A DNA stretch of 64,000 nt from a virus (lineage: Duplodnaviria > Caudoviricetes), in IMG/VR virus record IMGVR_UViG_2773858002_000001, positions 1-64,000 of that record; one strand, given 5' to 3'. Each line of letters begins with the position of its first letter. Positions within the stretch are counted from its first letter, which is position 1. A program made the position numbers and the translations under genes. The notes under the pieces were generated by a model that saw only the letters and a program-made list of their open reading frames with translations, was not told the DNA's origin and did no database searches. Shown here piece by piece: positions 9,249 to 19,087 of this stretch.

Positions 9249-9683
9249 TCATCCCTTGGGAAGAGAAATGGACGCAGACACCAGGATGACATCGACACCC
9301 GTCACGATGCTTGTAGACGACAGCTCCAGATCACCACCGCCCCCGACCTCCGACGCAACACCCTGAACGATGGCAACACCGTCACCATCGAACACGCGGA
9401 AGAACGTCGCTGTACCATCAGCTGATGCATTGACCTGCGGCACTTCCTGCGGATCGACTTCCGAGGTCACGCGATCTGTGTTGTCGGCGGCAGGGCCAAA
9501 CGCTGCCGGCGTCGGGAGGGTGAAGGTCACCAGGGCATTGTTGCCCGATAGACCGTCATCAACGTTGGCTGGTGGTGTGCCGTCATACACGACCATTGTC
9601 GGATTTGATGCGCCCGTATTGATCGCTCCAACGAGGGCGTCACAGGCAGCGATTGCCGAGAGTGTGGAAATCTTCAAGGGCAT
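9249..9683 (-). CDS. Phage structural/appendage protein
   Basis: VYDGTPPANVD...ADGTATFFR..DGDG...QG motif typical of siphovirus minor virion proteins. Confidence 0.6.
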   Translation of the reverse strand: MPLKISTLSAIAACDALVGAINTGASNPTMVVYDGTPPANVDDGLSGNNALVTFTLPTPAAFGPAADNTDRVTSEVDPQEVPQVNASADGTATFFRVFDGDGVAIVQGVASEVGGGGDLELSSTSIVTGVDVILVSASISLPKG

Positions 9684-9702
9684 GGGAGTCTCCTGATTGC
9701 GT

Positions 9703-9984
9703 TTAGTAGATGGCCCAGAGATCGGCTGCCGAGCCGCCAGTCCGCACACGGGCCACACCGATCTGGTTGAGCCCTGCAAACAAGGGGACGCCATCCTCGG
9801 TGTGCCCGCCAACGAATGTCAGGTTGGCCGTGCCGTCTGCCGCAGCCCAGATGCCGCGACACGCCCCGTCCGGTAGATCGCTGGCATCGTTCGGCGTGAT
9901 CTTCACCAGCTTCAAAGCCGGTACAATTGCCCTCGCGCCGTGATCAGCCAACGATGGGTATACCTTGCCGTCGATGTCGAACAT
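9703..9984 (-). CDS. Head spike base protein (RcGTA Rcc01079-like)
   Basis: ITPNDASDLP..CRGIW...GT...IGVARVRTGGSAADLWAIY pattern. Confidence 0.7.
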   Translation of the reverse strand: MFDIDGKVYPSLADHGARAIVPALKLVKITPNDASDLPDGACRGIWAAADGTANLTFVGGHTEDGVPLFAGLNQIGVARVRTGGSAADLWAIY

Positions 9985-10016
9985 GACGATCCTCCGTGCA
10001 ATTAATTGCACGTTAC

Positions 10017-10547
10017 CTACCGCCTATGAAGCCTCCGGGCAAGCTTTCGGGCCTTTCGGCGGTCGCTGGCATCCGCCACCATTCCCGCAGCGTGATACGC
10101 GCACATACGAAACGTGTGGTTCTTCAAAGGCTTACAGCCGCAGTACATCACCGGGTCTGTGCTCACAACCACGGCACACATATCGAACTCCAGGTCCAGA
10201 ATGCTTACCGGGTCGTTCGTCGGAGGTTTGATCTCCGGGGGCCTCTCCGCTTCCGCGTCCGGGTCGAACCCCTCCGGTGCGGGTTTGGGCAGATTGATGT
10301 TCGTCTTCTGCCTCACCTTACGCGGCTGCTTTAGAATTTTGCTGCCAGACTTGGGCTTGGCGGCGTTGCTGAAGCTTGGCAGGTTGGCCGGGAATTTTGA
10401 AGCGTTCCGCCAGCGATAGACTGTACCGCTGACGGTGTTTCGGGACACCCCGTAGAGCGCCGCTATCTGGCTATACGTCTTGCCGTCCATCAGCATGTCG
10501 TACAGTTGCTGCGGTGTCAGGCTGTCCCAATCCAGATGGCCGGCCAT
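10017..10547 (-). CDS. gcrA: GcrA-family cell cycle regulator
   Basis: N-terminal HTH SQIAALYGVSRNTVSG; C-terminal VSILDL...C...YCG...C.YH. Confidence 0.8.
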   Translation of the reverse strand: MAGHLDWDSLTPQQLYDMLMDGKTYSQIAALYGVSRNTVSGTVYRWRNASKFPANLPSFSNAAKPKSGSKILKQPRKVRQKTNINLPKPAPEGFDPDAEAERPPEIKPPTNDPVSILDLEFDMCAVVVSTDPVMYCGCKPLKNHTFRMCAYHAAGMVADASDRRKARKLARRLHRR

Positions 10548-10549
10548 GG

Positions 10550-10819
10550 TCAGTTGTCCGTGGTTTTCGCGTCATCCGCCTTCTGCGCGACGAACTTGGC
10601 GGTGCTCGGCATCTTACCCAGCATCTCCGAACGGTTCATCTGCTGGTATTCCTGCAGAATGCGGGACAAACGCAGCGCATCATGAGCTTCGTATCTGAGT
10701 ACGCCCTTGTAGGATTTCATGGCGAGCAGATCGGTGTTCAGAATGTTTGCAAACACCTGAGCCGTATCGGCATCCTGGGACTCGGCTGCGTTCTTCAGGG
10801 CGTCGGAAATTCCGGACAT
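10550..10819 (-). CDS. Hypothetical protein
   Basis: ORF with AGGAG RBS after palindrome 10842. Confidence 0.6.
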   Translation of the reverse strand: MSGISDALKNAAESQDADTAQVFANILNTDLLAMKSYKGVLRYEAHDALRLSRILQEYQQMNRSEMLGKMPSTAKFVAQKADDAKTTDN

Positions 10820-10863
10820 AGCGTCACTCCTAGTGCTGTGTTGAAATTAATTGCACAAGCGGT

Positions 10864-11211
10864 TCAGTTTTTCGGCTTCGACCGAACTGAGTTCAGAAGC
10901 TTCTCCAGCCTCTTCGCATTGTTTTCCTTATCGACCATCGTGCTGGTCATCCTGTGCTTTATTGCTTCGTACAGGTCAGTGCTGTTCTCTGCTCTGGAAG
11001 ACATGGCAAGAGATATGACCTGCATGACCGAAGCGACCTGCATCGCCCATAGGATGCAATCGTTCTCGACCATCTGCTCCATCAATTTCATGGATGTTTC
11101 AACAGCGTCCTGGCAGGTGCCGCAATGGCAAATGCGATCATTCTCAGGTGTGGTCGCGAGGTCTGCTTCAATCAGGTCGAATAAATCGTCCAATGAGTTG
11201 ATGGGTTTCAT
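10864..11211 (-). CDS. Hypothetical protein (CxCxxC)
   Basis: Coupled ORF. Confidence 0.55.
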   Translation of the reverse strand: MKPINSLDDLFDLIEADLATTPENDRICHCGTCQDAVETSMKLMEQMVENDCILWAMQVASVMQVISLAMSSRAENSTDLYEAIKHRMTSTMVDKENNAKRLEKLLNSVRSKPKN

Positions 11212-11639
11212 TGCCCCTCTCCGGTTACGGTTTCATCAGCCCCTTCGAACATGAGGCTGAATGTTTCTGGTTGTAGGAAGCACTTGCCGCGCTCCATGAT
11301 CTGCTTCTTCAGTGGTTCATCGACCGGGTAGCGATCAAAAGCTTCCCGCCTCACCACTGCCCACCTGCCGGTCGGTGCAACACTCGAAAGAGAACCCTCC
11401 TTGGCAAAAGGCGGGTTGTCGGTGTGTTTGGGGTTGGTCGCTTCGATGCAGGCTATGCCACTTTCCATCTCCGACTGGCATTTGCTGCAAGGCACGTAGT
11501 CCAGCACCATGCGCGGCGGTGCCTCCTGCTTGTACCCGGACCCCAACATCGCGACCTCCCCTTTGTCCTCTCCGCACCAGAAGCAGACGGGTAATGTTGG
11601 GTTCAGGCCGAACTTCGAGTGTAGTCGTATCCGGCTCAT
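11208..11639 (-). CDS. Zn-binding hypothetical phage protein
   Basis: GLNPTLPVCFWCG...PCSKC. Confidence 0.65.
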   Translation of the reverse strand: MSRIRLHSKFGLNPTLPVCFWCGEDKGEVAMLGSGYKQEAPPRMVLDYVPCSKCQSEMESGIACIEATNPKHTDNPPFAKEGSLSSVAPTGRWAVVRREAFDRYPVDEPLKKQIMERGKCFLQPETFSLMFEGADETVTGEGQ

Positions 11640-11716
11640 ATGAAGATCAGCCCCAGCAGCAGAACAAAGACCGCGATGGTCGAAGCTATGCCGGCTGCTT
11701 CCTTGATTGCATGCAT
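11636..11716 (-). CDS. 26-aa membrane peptide (not in ORF track)
   Basis: CCAAGGAGGGC RBS; MHAIKEAAGIASTIAVFVLLLGLIFI; stop overlaps the next start. Confidence 0.55.
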   Translation of the reverse strand: MHAIKEAAGIASTIAVFVLLLGLIFI

Positions 11717-11787
11717 CACAGCGCCCTCCTTGGTTCAGTGATACTCACACCCTACACGTCATGCGCAGGTTTGTGAAATTAATTGCA

Positions 11788-12030
11788 CTAGTAACCCATG
11801 TTTTGCAGCATCTTTCTAACCAGCACCCAAATTACCTGGTCGAGCCGGCGATGCCCTTTGATCTGACCGTGCCGAGTGACCGACTTGAAATCAGGCTTGC
11901 GCATAACCGCCCCTGAGTAATCAGCCACCTTCGGGTCTTCCGATGTCCCGTCATTCGATATGTGCATCACGCCAAGCGTGGTCTTTTGCCCGGTGATTGC
12001 GCTCCAGAGCTCCACCTTCACGACGATCAT
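11788..12030 (-). CDS. Hypothetical phage protein
   Basis: Coupled ORF; stop abuts the palindrome. Confidence 0.65.
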   Translation of the reverse strand: MIVVKVELWSAITGQKTTLGVMHISNDGTSEDPKVADYSGAVMRKPDFKSVTRHGQIKGHRRLDQVIWVLVRKMLQNMGY

Positions 12031-12416
12031 TCCGCCCCGGCCTCCGAGATCGCGTTCTGCAGATAGTCATCAAGGCCGCGAAGCCTGTACTCATCGAAAT
12101 CCACCTGCTCGCAGCCTTCGAGATAAGACTCCGGGTGTTCGCTGATTGCGGCATTGGTGCGCCAACCAGCCTTGAAGGCTTCCCGCTCACGCCGCTCCAG
12201 TTCAGCTATACGCTGACGTGCGTCCCAGAGTTCGCAGGAAAGCTTCAGGATGCGATCCCTCGCCGCATACTGCATCTGTGTGAGATTGATGTCCTGCCGG
12301 CCTACGACGACCAGTTGATAGGCCAGTTGAGCATCGGTGTGGTTCTGGAAGCTCGCTTCCGAAGCAGCCTTCCTTGTGTGGGCCGTGGGCTCCGTGGTCG
12401 TGTCGGGGTAGTTCAT
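12027..12416 (-). CDS. Hypothetical coiled-coil protein
   Basis: GGAGG RBS directly after palindrome 12427. Confidence 0.6.
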   Translation of the reverse strand: MNYPDTTTEPTAHTRKAASEASFQNHTDAQLAYQLVVVGRQDINLTQMQYAARDRILKLSCELWDARQRIAELERREREAFKAGWRTNAAISEHPESYLEGCEQVDFDEYRLRGLDDYLQNAISEAGAE

Positions 12417-12431
12417 GATGCCTCCATGAAA

Positions 12432-12818
12432 TTAATTGCATTCCTCGCACAGCAAAGGACCACCGTTGTGGCCGATCATGGCCCTCGCTGCCGCGCGTCT
12501 CTTCTGGTTCTGCTTGTGGGTGACGAGCTCCAAGTGCCTATCCGATACACAGAGCCTGTTGCGGCAAAGGTGATCCAACTGCTTTTTCCCAGGCACGTAG
12601 CCGTGCTCATTCGTCCAGTTCACGATGTGTACGGCGACCGTCTGACCGTCGAGCCACATGCGCGGATACCCGCCTCCCCGACCCTCTCCGCTGGTCGGCC
12701 CCGTCCATATCTGGCACGGCCCGAGTTCTGGCGGCATCCATGTCGGGGCATCCTGCTCGGACACCCTCGCCATTATCTTTCTACGGATGGCTTCTCGTCG
12801 CCCGCCCTCACATTTCAC
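12432..12818 (-). CDS. HNH (His-Me finger) endonuclease
   Basis: CQIWTG...GYPRM...LDHLCRNRLCV..RHLELVT..QN. Confidence 0.85.
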   Translation of the reverse strand: MKCEGGRREAIRRKIMARVSEQDAPTWMPPELGPCQIWTGPTSGEGRGGGYPRMWLDGQTVAVHIVNWTNEHGYVPGKKQLDHLCRNRLCVSDRHLELVTHKQNQKRRAAARAMIGHNGGPLLCEECN

Positions 12819-13186
12819 GACAAAGCCTCGCCTTCTATCTCGGCTGGGTCCGCGCGGCGGATGCGCTCAAACTCCCAATCTTCGTCGTCATCGATCGTCC
12901 ACCCATCACCCCGATGGTAGGTTCCGGTGACGCCCTCCATCACGTACCAACCGCACATCTCCAGATCGATGTCGGCATCATGCTGCAGGAAATAGTCGAG
13001 GCCCATACCCTCCTGCAACCAGAAGGTCGATCCGTCGTGGTCGAATACTTCCAACTCATACCGCGAAGGCGCATCGGCAGTTCTGTAGATATGATAAATC
13101 TCGAACAGGATGCGTCCCGGCTCCTTCATGGACGGCAAATCCGGGTCATCGACACCCACATCTTCAATCGCTGTAATCAACATCAA
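12815..13186 (-). CDS. Acidic hypothetical protein
   Basis: Coupled ORF. Confidence 0.6.
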   Translation of the reverse strand: MMLITAIEDVGVDDPDLPSMKEPGRILFEIYHIYRTADAPSRYELEVFDHDGSTFWLQEGMGLDYFLQHDADIDLEMCGWYVMEGVTGTYHRGDGWTIDDDEDWEFERIRRADPAEIEGEALS

Positions 13187-13449
13187 GTTCTCTTCCCGCT
13201 CAGCGTCTCGCTTACACGCCCCTGGCTGACCCCGAATACGGACGCAATTTGATGCTGGGTTTTCGTGGGGTTTGCTCTTTTGTAGGCTCGGATGGCGTCC
13301 TTGAGCTCTTCTGTCATAGGAGTGGAGGTTGCTGGAGCCCTGACCGCTCTCTTACGGCGAGGGATTTCGTCCGCAAGCTCTTCGAGTCTCGGTATGCCGT
13401 GCTTAACGGCCAGCTCTCGGAGCTCTTGTTCGATCTGCGGCAGCCTCAT
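13183..13449 (-). CDS. HTH DNA-binding protein
   Basis: C-terminal TQHQIASVFGVSQGRVSE HTH. Confidence 0.7.
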   Translation of the reverse strand: MRLPQIEQELRELAVKHGIPRLEELADEIPRRKRAVRAPATSTPMTEELKDAIRAYKRANPTKTQHQIASVFGVSQGRVSETLSGKRT

Positions 13450-13754
13450 TGTGGACTCCCTGCCTGATGCCGCGTCCAGAAGAGTTTGCGCTTCCACTCG
13501 GCATTGAGATCGACCAACAGGTTGTCCGATGAGACGTCGCCTTCCCCCATCATGCGGGTGTAGACGGTCTGAAGGTCCAACACTTCGCGCTCCAGCCGAA
13601 CACGGTTTGTGATCGTCGCTGGGTCGTCGGGGTGGTGATTATCGTATCCGTGGCGGAGAACTTTCGTGGCGATGGTGATAATCTCGCCGGCTTCCTCGAT
13701 CAGCATTTCGAGGCGTTCTCGTTCCGCTTCGGTCAGATTTGCGAACGCTGCCAT
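13446..13754 (-). CDS. MazG-like NTP pyrophosphohydrolase
   Basis: LIEEAGE...KVLRHG...EREVLDL (EExxE...ExxD). Confidence 0.65.
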   Translation of the reverse strand: MAAFANLTEAERERLEMLIEEAGEIITIATKVLRHGYDNHHPDDPATITNRVRLEREVLDLQTVYTRMMGEGDVSSDNLLVDLNAEWKRKLFWTRHQAGSPQ

Positions 13755-13779
13755 GAGATGCCTCCTGCAATTAATTGCA

Positions 13780-14670
13780 CTACAGCGACTGCTGCACGGT
13801 GCGGTACATGCGCTTGCCCAAATCGGACACTTCGAGGCTGTTGCCGACCAATGCAGGTGCCACCGGAACCACCCGGTCGAGGCTCAGCCGCCTAAAATGC
13901 CCTCTACGCCAATGCGGTTTGGGCGCTTTTCGCAAACCATCACCAGCATAAGATGGCACATATCGAGCTCCGGGGTTGATCGTGACTACGTGCTTCGTCG
14001 GTTTGGGTGGCTTGCCTTTCTTAGCGCGAGCCTTGTTCAGCTTCGCCGAATAGTCGATTTGCTGCACGGACACCCCGGCACTCATCAGGGATGCGATCAA
14101 ACCGATCATGCAGTATCCCGCGTAGTACCGAAAATTTAGACCCTCTTCGTCTTCCCCCTGCGAGAAGATTGTTTCCGACACGTGAGCAATGTCACCGTCC
14201 TTGCATCGGAAAGCCCCCTGAGAGAACGGAACGAACATCATCTCCTGTCCGAACGACATGAATAACCAGTACGAAATGTCACCAGAGCTTACTTCGGACA
14301 TGTAGGCCCACATGCCCCCCTCGACGCCACCGACTGACGTCTTCAAAACTATGCTCGGGTAAGGCAACCGGAAAACGTTCCTGCTGACGAGAGAGCCGGC
14401 GAACTGAATATGCTCCATTGACGGCTCTTTTAGCGAGCAGAAATCAAACAGAGGTACGACCGGGACTGACTCTGCCAACTTACCAAAGAAGTCTTCCAAG
14501 TGAGTACCGGTGGCTTCCACAAACCCGCCTACGACGGATTGGTCGAACGCGGGGCTCCCAAAGTCTACAGCACCGGACGCTAGACCATACAAAGCCGCCG
14601 CAAAGTCATCCACAGTGGTGCGCGCAACGAACACCGCATCATTGTGATCAAGCTCCTGTTGCTCTGACAT
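13780..14670 (-). CDS. Hypothetical phage protein with C-terminal HWRRGHFR motif
   Basis: CCAAGGAGGGC RBS; PKPHWRRGHFRR motif common in phage proteins. Confidence 0.65.
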   Translation of the reverse strand: MSEQQELDHNDAVFVARTTVDDFAAALYGLASGAVDFGSPAFDQSVVGGFVEATGTHLEDFFGKLAESVPVVPLFDFCSLKEPSMEHIQFAGSLVSRNVFRLPYPSIVLKTSVGGVEGGMWAYMSEVSSGDISYWLFMSFGQEMMFVPFSQGAFRCKDGDIAHVSETIFSQGEDEEGLNFRYYAGYCMIGLIASLMSAGVSVQQIDYSAKLNKARAKKGKPPKPTKHVVTINPGARYVPSYAGDGLRKAPKPHWRRGHFRRLSLDRVVPVAPALVGNSLEVSDLGKRMYRTVQQSL

Positions 14671-14899
14671 TCTTTGCCCTCCTTGGCTTTCTTTCATTCT
14701 GCTGGGTTTTCAGCGCAATTCAAGTGAAATTAATTGCACAATTCTATCAACGCTGTAGCCGCGTCTTAGCGGTCACGGATCGTTGTCAGCCCGGTCGGTC
14801 ACCATGACCTTCAAGGCGTCGATCTTCTCCAGGGTCTCGGACAGGGTAACGGTGTTTGTCACCCTCTTGCCGTCCTGCCCCACAGACGACGACTCCATG

Positions 14900-15238
14900 C
14901 TAGTTATCCGTGGGTCCAGGTTCGCTTCCTCGATCAGTATCTCCAGCCACTGACGCGCCTCGATCAGGAGAAGCAACTCCTTGCTGACTTGTGTCATTTC
15001 GGACATTCCCGTTGTTCAATGCAGCTACTGCGGCCCACGCCGTGATCGCTGCTATGGTCGCCATGATCCAGAACTTCCAGTGTTCCTGAAGATGCTCGAC
15101 AACCAACCGCGCGGCTTTCGAAGTCCAGTGTCTTTCGAAATACCCGCCTATAATGATGACTCCGTTCCTCGGGTCATTTTCGTAGGGACGATACTCCCCC
15201 TCCCACCATCTTTTGATTTTATCGATTATCCACTTCAA
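14900..15238 (-). CDS. Trp-rich membrane protein
   Basis: HWKFWIMATIAAITAWAAVAA TM segment. Confidence 0.5.
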   Translation of the reverse strand: MKWIIDKIKRWWEGEYRPYENDPRNGVIIIGGYFERHWTSKAARLVVEHLQEHWKFWIMATIAAITAWAAVAALNNGNVRNDTSQQGVASPDRGASVAGDTDRGSEPGPTDN

Positions 15239-15509
15239 CTCCGCCCCCCAGGCTATGCATAGGTTTCGGAATTTCTACACGCGAAAACCTGGGTGTGCCA
15301 TCATCATTCTTGGACAGGAACGCTTTCGGGTGTCCCAAAAGCTGGCGATTGAAGCGTCCATAGTCGCACGGGTAGAGGGGGATATAGCTGATGTCGATCT
15401 TGTCTGTGATCGTGTTGAAGGTGCTGCCCTCGATCTCGTATCGCCCACCTGACTTGGTGTGCTCCCAGATTTCACCCTTTTTTGGCAGTTGGTCGAACAG
15501 GTCTGACAT
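15219..15509 (-). CDS. DUF1653-like SH3-fold protein
   Basis: GEIWEHTKSGGRYEI...Y....F.R. Confidence 0.5.
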   Translation of the reverse strand: MSDLFDQLPKKGEIWEHTKSGGRYEIEGSTFNTITDKIDISYIPLYPCDYGRFNRQLLGHPKAFLSKNDDGTPRFSRVEIPKPMHSLGGGVEVDNR

Positions 15510-16077
15510 TGCTTCTTTCCTCGGCAATACGAAAAATCTCGTTCTTGAGTTCTTGGATGCGTCGTTCGGCATCCCCGGTTCGGTACTTCTGGAGCATCTG
15601 CCACTCAACCACGAGCAGCAGTTCTTCCTTCGACCAGTTGTTTAGTACCGATCCGTACAGGCGCAGCTCTCGGGCGTGAGGCGAGCCGTCAACGTGACCA
15701 CGACTCCTGCCTTCGATCTGGTTGTCGATGATGCCGGCCATCTGTCGGATAAGACCGGCGAGTGCCGCCGATCCGGTGGCGTTCCAGCTTGAGGTTCCAT
15801 CGAACTTTGCAGCAACGTCGAGCTTTTGGAGGATTGGCCCCATCGCCGTCTTCCAGTCATCCATCCGGGCGCTCCATCCACACAGCGATATAGATGCCGC
15901 CTCCGGCCTCCCGTTCAACGACCGTGTATCCCGGCTTGATCTTCCACCCACCAAAGTGATGGGCAATCAGCAGCCAGCCGAGCTTCCACAGTGTGACAGG
16001 CTTTCGTGACATTCGACCCTCCTTGGTCCTGTTTCTGTCGTTCTTCCGCACAAACTCAGATGATGCAATTAATTGCA

Positions 16078-16515
16078 TCAATAGATACCCGAGAACGACC
16101 CGATGAACGACTTTCCCACTTCGTCCGGTAGATCGGTGATGACGTGCCGACGCCATATGCTGCGGGGTATCATGCGTGCGTGCATGCCGCGATGGCCATC
16201 AAGAAAGGCCGCGACATAGCGGTGGTGGCCATCCACGACGAGATGAGAACCGTCAGGCCAATGCAGCACCAGGATCGGGTCCAGTTTGGGCAGGCCGCGC
16301 AACCTGTCGAGTCTGTGCTTCTCGATGCCCCGCTTCTCCATGAACAGTCTGGCTCCGTCCTCATCGACCGGTATCCAGACAGGCGTTCTGGCCTTCACGC
16401 GCCAATCGTCTTCGAGCGTCGTCACATCAAAATGCGTCGTCTCCCCGGTCTTCTCATCGACGTGGGTGAACACCATGTCCATCGCGCCCATATCCTTGAC
16501 CCGCATCAGTCCCAC
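16078..16515 (-). CDS. Stand-alone ParB/Srx N-terminal domain protein
   Basis: PILV.....HLVVDGHHRYVAA arginine patch; no HTH. Confidence 0.75.
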   Translation of the reverse strand: MGLMRVKDMGAMDMVFTHVDEKTGETTHFDVTTLEDDWRVKARTPVWIPVDEDGARLFMEKRGIEKHRLDRLRGLPKLDPILVLHWPDGSHLVVDGHHRYVAAFLDGHRGMHARMIPRSIWRRHVITDLPDEVGKSFIGSFSGIY

Positions 16516-19000
16516 CCTTCTCGCTGAATGCGTCGGAACTCGCGGATCGATTGATCGACGGCAGCGACGAAATCCTTGAAGACAAGTAGATTGATCTCCG
16601 TCGATACCCGATGCAGGGCCATCTTCTCGTGCTCATTTGGGCCGCGTTTGTTACCGTTCGCCCGGTACTGAGCGACCAGCAAAACGTCCCCATAATCGAC
16701 GTCGAAATGCCTGGCGATGGACAGGTACGGGTAATTTCTGCTGATCCTCATGGCTTGCGCCTCGACAGGAACGCGAGGATGACGAGGCCGACCACGATGA
16801 TGAATGCGATCTGGACGGCAGCTTCAGGCCAACTCATGGAATTCTCCATTTGCAATTAATTGCACTATCTTACCGGCGTGACGGACTGAAGCACACCGAC
16901 AACTTCCTCCCCGAGGCCGCGAGCGAATGCGATCTCTTCCGCGCCGGCCATAGAAGTGGAGACGATGTTTCCGCCGTACGTACGGCCCGCGTGCCTGAAC
17001 TCCGTGGCAAACACGACGCCACGCGCGGCCAGCAGGTTCTGCTGCGCCAGGGTCATGCCCCAGAGATCGTTGAACAGGATGCCATCGGCAAAGGGGTTCG
17101 TTGGATGGACCTTCATAATGCTCATTAAAACCCCCACTCTTCGTACACCATTTCCTGCTCTGGCTTCTTAGGTTCCTCAGCAGTGCACAGGACAGCCAAC
17201 AGACGGTAGGTGCCCGTGAGGTCGAGGTAAGCCATGATCGCTTCCATGGCCTGATAGGGCTCGTCACGCTCGATGGCATCAGCGGCGCGATTGATCATGC
17301 CCATAGCCTTGTTCGTATCCTTCAGTCCCATCTGGCGGCAGTGCCGCAACGCCGCGCTCTTTCGATACGAGGGGACGGGTTTCCCGAATGCCGCCATGCC
17401 GTCTGCGGTCATGCTGTCAGACGCTTTCTGTGACGCCTGCGCGATTGTGTTCTTGAATTCAGCCATCATCCAACCTCCTTCCGTTTCAGGGCGGCGTGGA
17501 TCGAAGTTCGGGCAACCTCCCTGCACCAGTCCGACGCCTTGCTGGTACCAAAGTCCTCTTCATCGCCCGCGCTGAGTGGTCCGTCATGGATTGCCTTGGC
17601 CGACCGCTCCAGGGCTTCGTCACTCAAGAGGTCTCGTTTCGTGTCCTCCGCGCCGTTCATGTAAGCGATAGTCAGAAGTTCGCTTTCGTCTTCGTCAGTG
17701 GCGCTCACGGGGAGTTCTGGGAACGACTGCTTGGCAACAGTTCCGTGCAACACAAGGCCAGCCCTGAACTCCCGCCAGTCTTTCCATTCCTCGTCCTCGT
17801 CAGCACTGCCGTCCGTGAAAGACTGAAGAAACGTGAGCCGGTCATAATGGTCCTCGACATTGATAGCGAAGGCAATCGCCCCCATCAGGATGGACTTTTC
17901 GGCTTCAAGCTGTTTCACACGCGCCTCTGCCTTATGGTCAGAGAGGGCGGCGCGGGCTATGCGGGCGAAAGGCCCGTAAACGACCTCCCGGTCACCATTC
18001 GCGGCGGCATTTATTTGACTGTCGAGTCCGACAATATTGCCCAGCGCTTCTTCAAGCTTATGTTCTTTGGTCATTCGCCCTTCTCCTTCAGGCTTTCCCA
18101 CGCCGTCCTCCTACCGATAGTGACTGATCACATGCCAGCCGAGAGCGCCGCGCCTTGCATCCGGGGGGACGTTCAGCTGCTCGATCAGGTCGGACAGTGG
18201 TTTCAGGAAGTCCCGTACGGCGGGTGTCGTGTCGCCTATGGCGGAAATGGGGGTGTCGAAGTGCCCGTGGCTCTCCGTCTTTGCGATGACGTGGCCGACG
18301 GCGATGTACTTTCCACACATACCGTCATACAGGACCGTCAACCCGTCCTTGGGGTTCGTCTCTGGCTTGAAGGCGTTGTCGATATACGGTTCGAGGACGT
18401 CATACAGGTCCGGGTGCGCGGGATCATCATGCTGCCAGGCTTTGTGTGCCTTTTCGTAGTCCAGGACGACGCCAAACAGGACGTAGGTGTTGCTCTGAGT
18501 ACTCATGCTTCCACCATGAAGTCTTTGGCGGCCTTCAGGTGTTCCATCTCGATGGCCGTGGCCACCGCATACTTTGCCCCGGTGATCTGCATGATCTCGT
18601 CGTAGCGGTCTGCGAATAAACGAATGATCCTCTCGGCCTCAGCCATGCGATCACCCGAGTCGGCAGCGTCGTTCTCCCGCACGTCCACGTGACTGATATT
18701 CGTGATGCGGGCATAGATGTCTGTGCCGGCCCAGATTTCCTCCTGCCAGTCTTCCAGGGCGTGGAGTGCATCCGTGAGCGTACACATGATCTCTTCTGGG
18801 TTCTGCTCTGCCAGCGTGGGTACGGTCGGCGTGTAGCCTTCCTCTTCCTCGTCCGATGGCCATCCCTCAGTGCCGAACTTCTCGCGGCTGACGAAATTGA
18901 TGTCGTCCTCCAGCTCGGCCCGCTGTTCGTCGGTCAGGTCACCGATCTCCAGCTCCATGGTGATTTTCAACTTCACTGTGACCCTCCTTGGTCTTTGCAA
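16506..19000 (-). CDS. Run of coupled hypothetical early genes (16506-16751, 16748-16837, 16865-17125, 17125-~17470, 17466-~18074, 18111-18506, 18503-~18980)
   Basis: Overlapping start/stop codons and RBSs; no recognisable domains. Confidence 0.55.
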
Positions 19001-19087
19001 TTAATTGCACTCATCCACTCTACAGATTTGCCAAGCACGTGCAATTAATTTCATTTCACCAACAAAAAGAAAGGCCGGTAACCCAGC

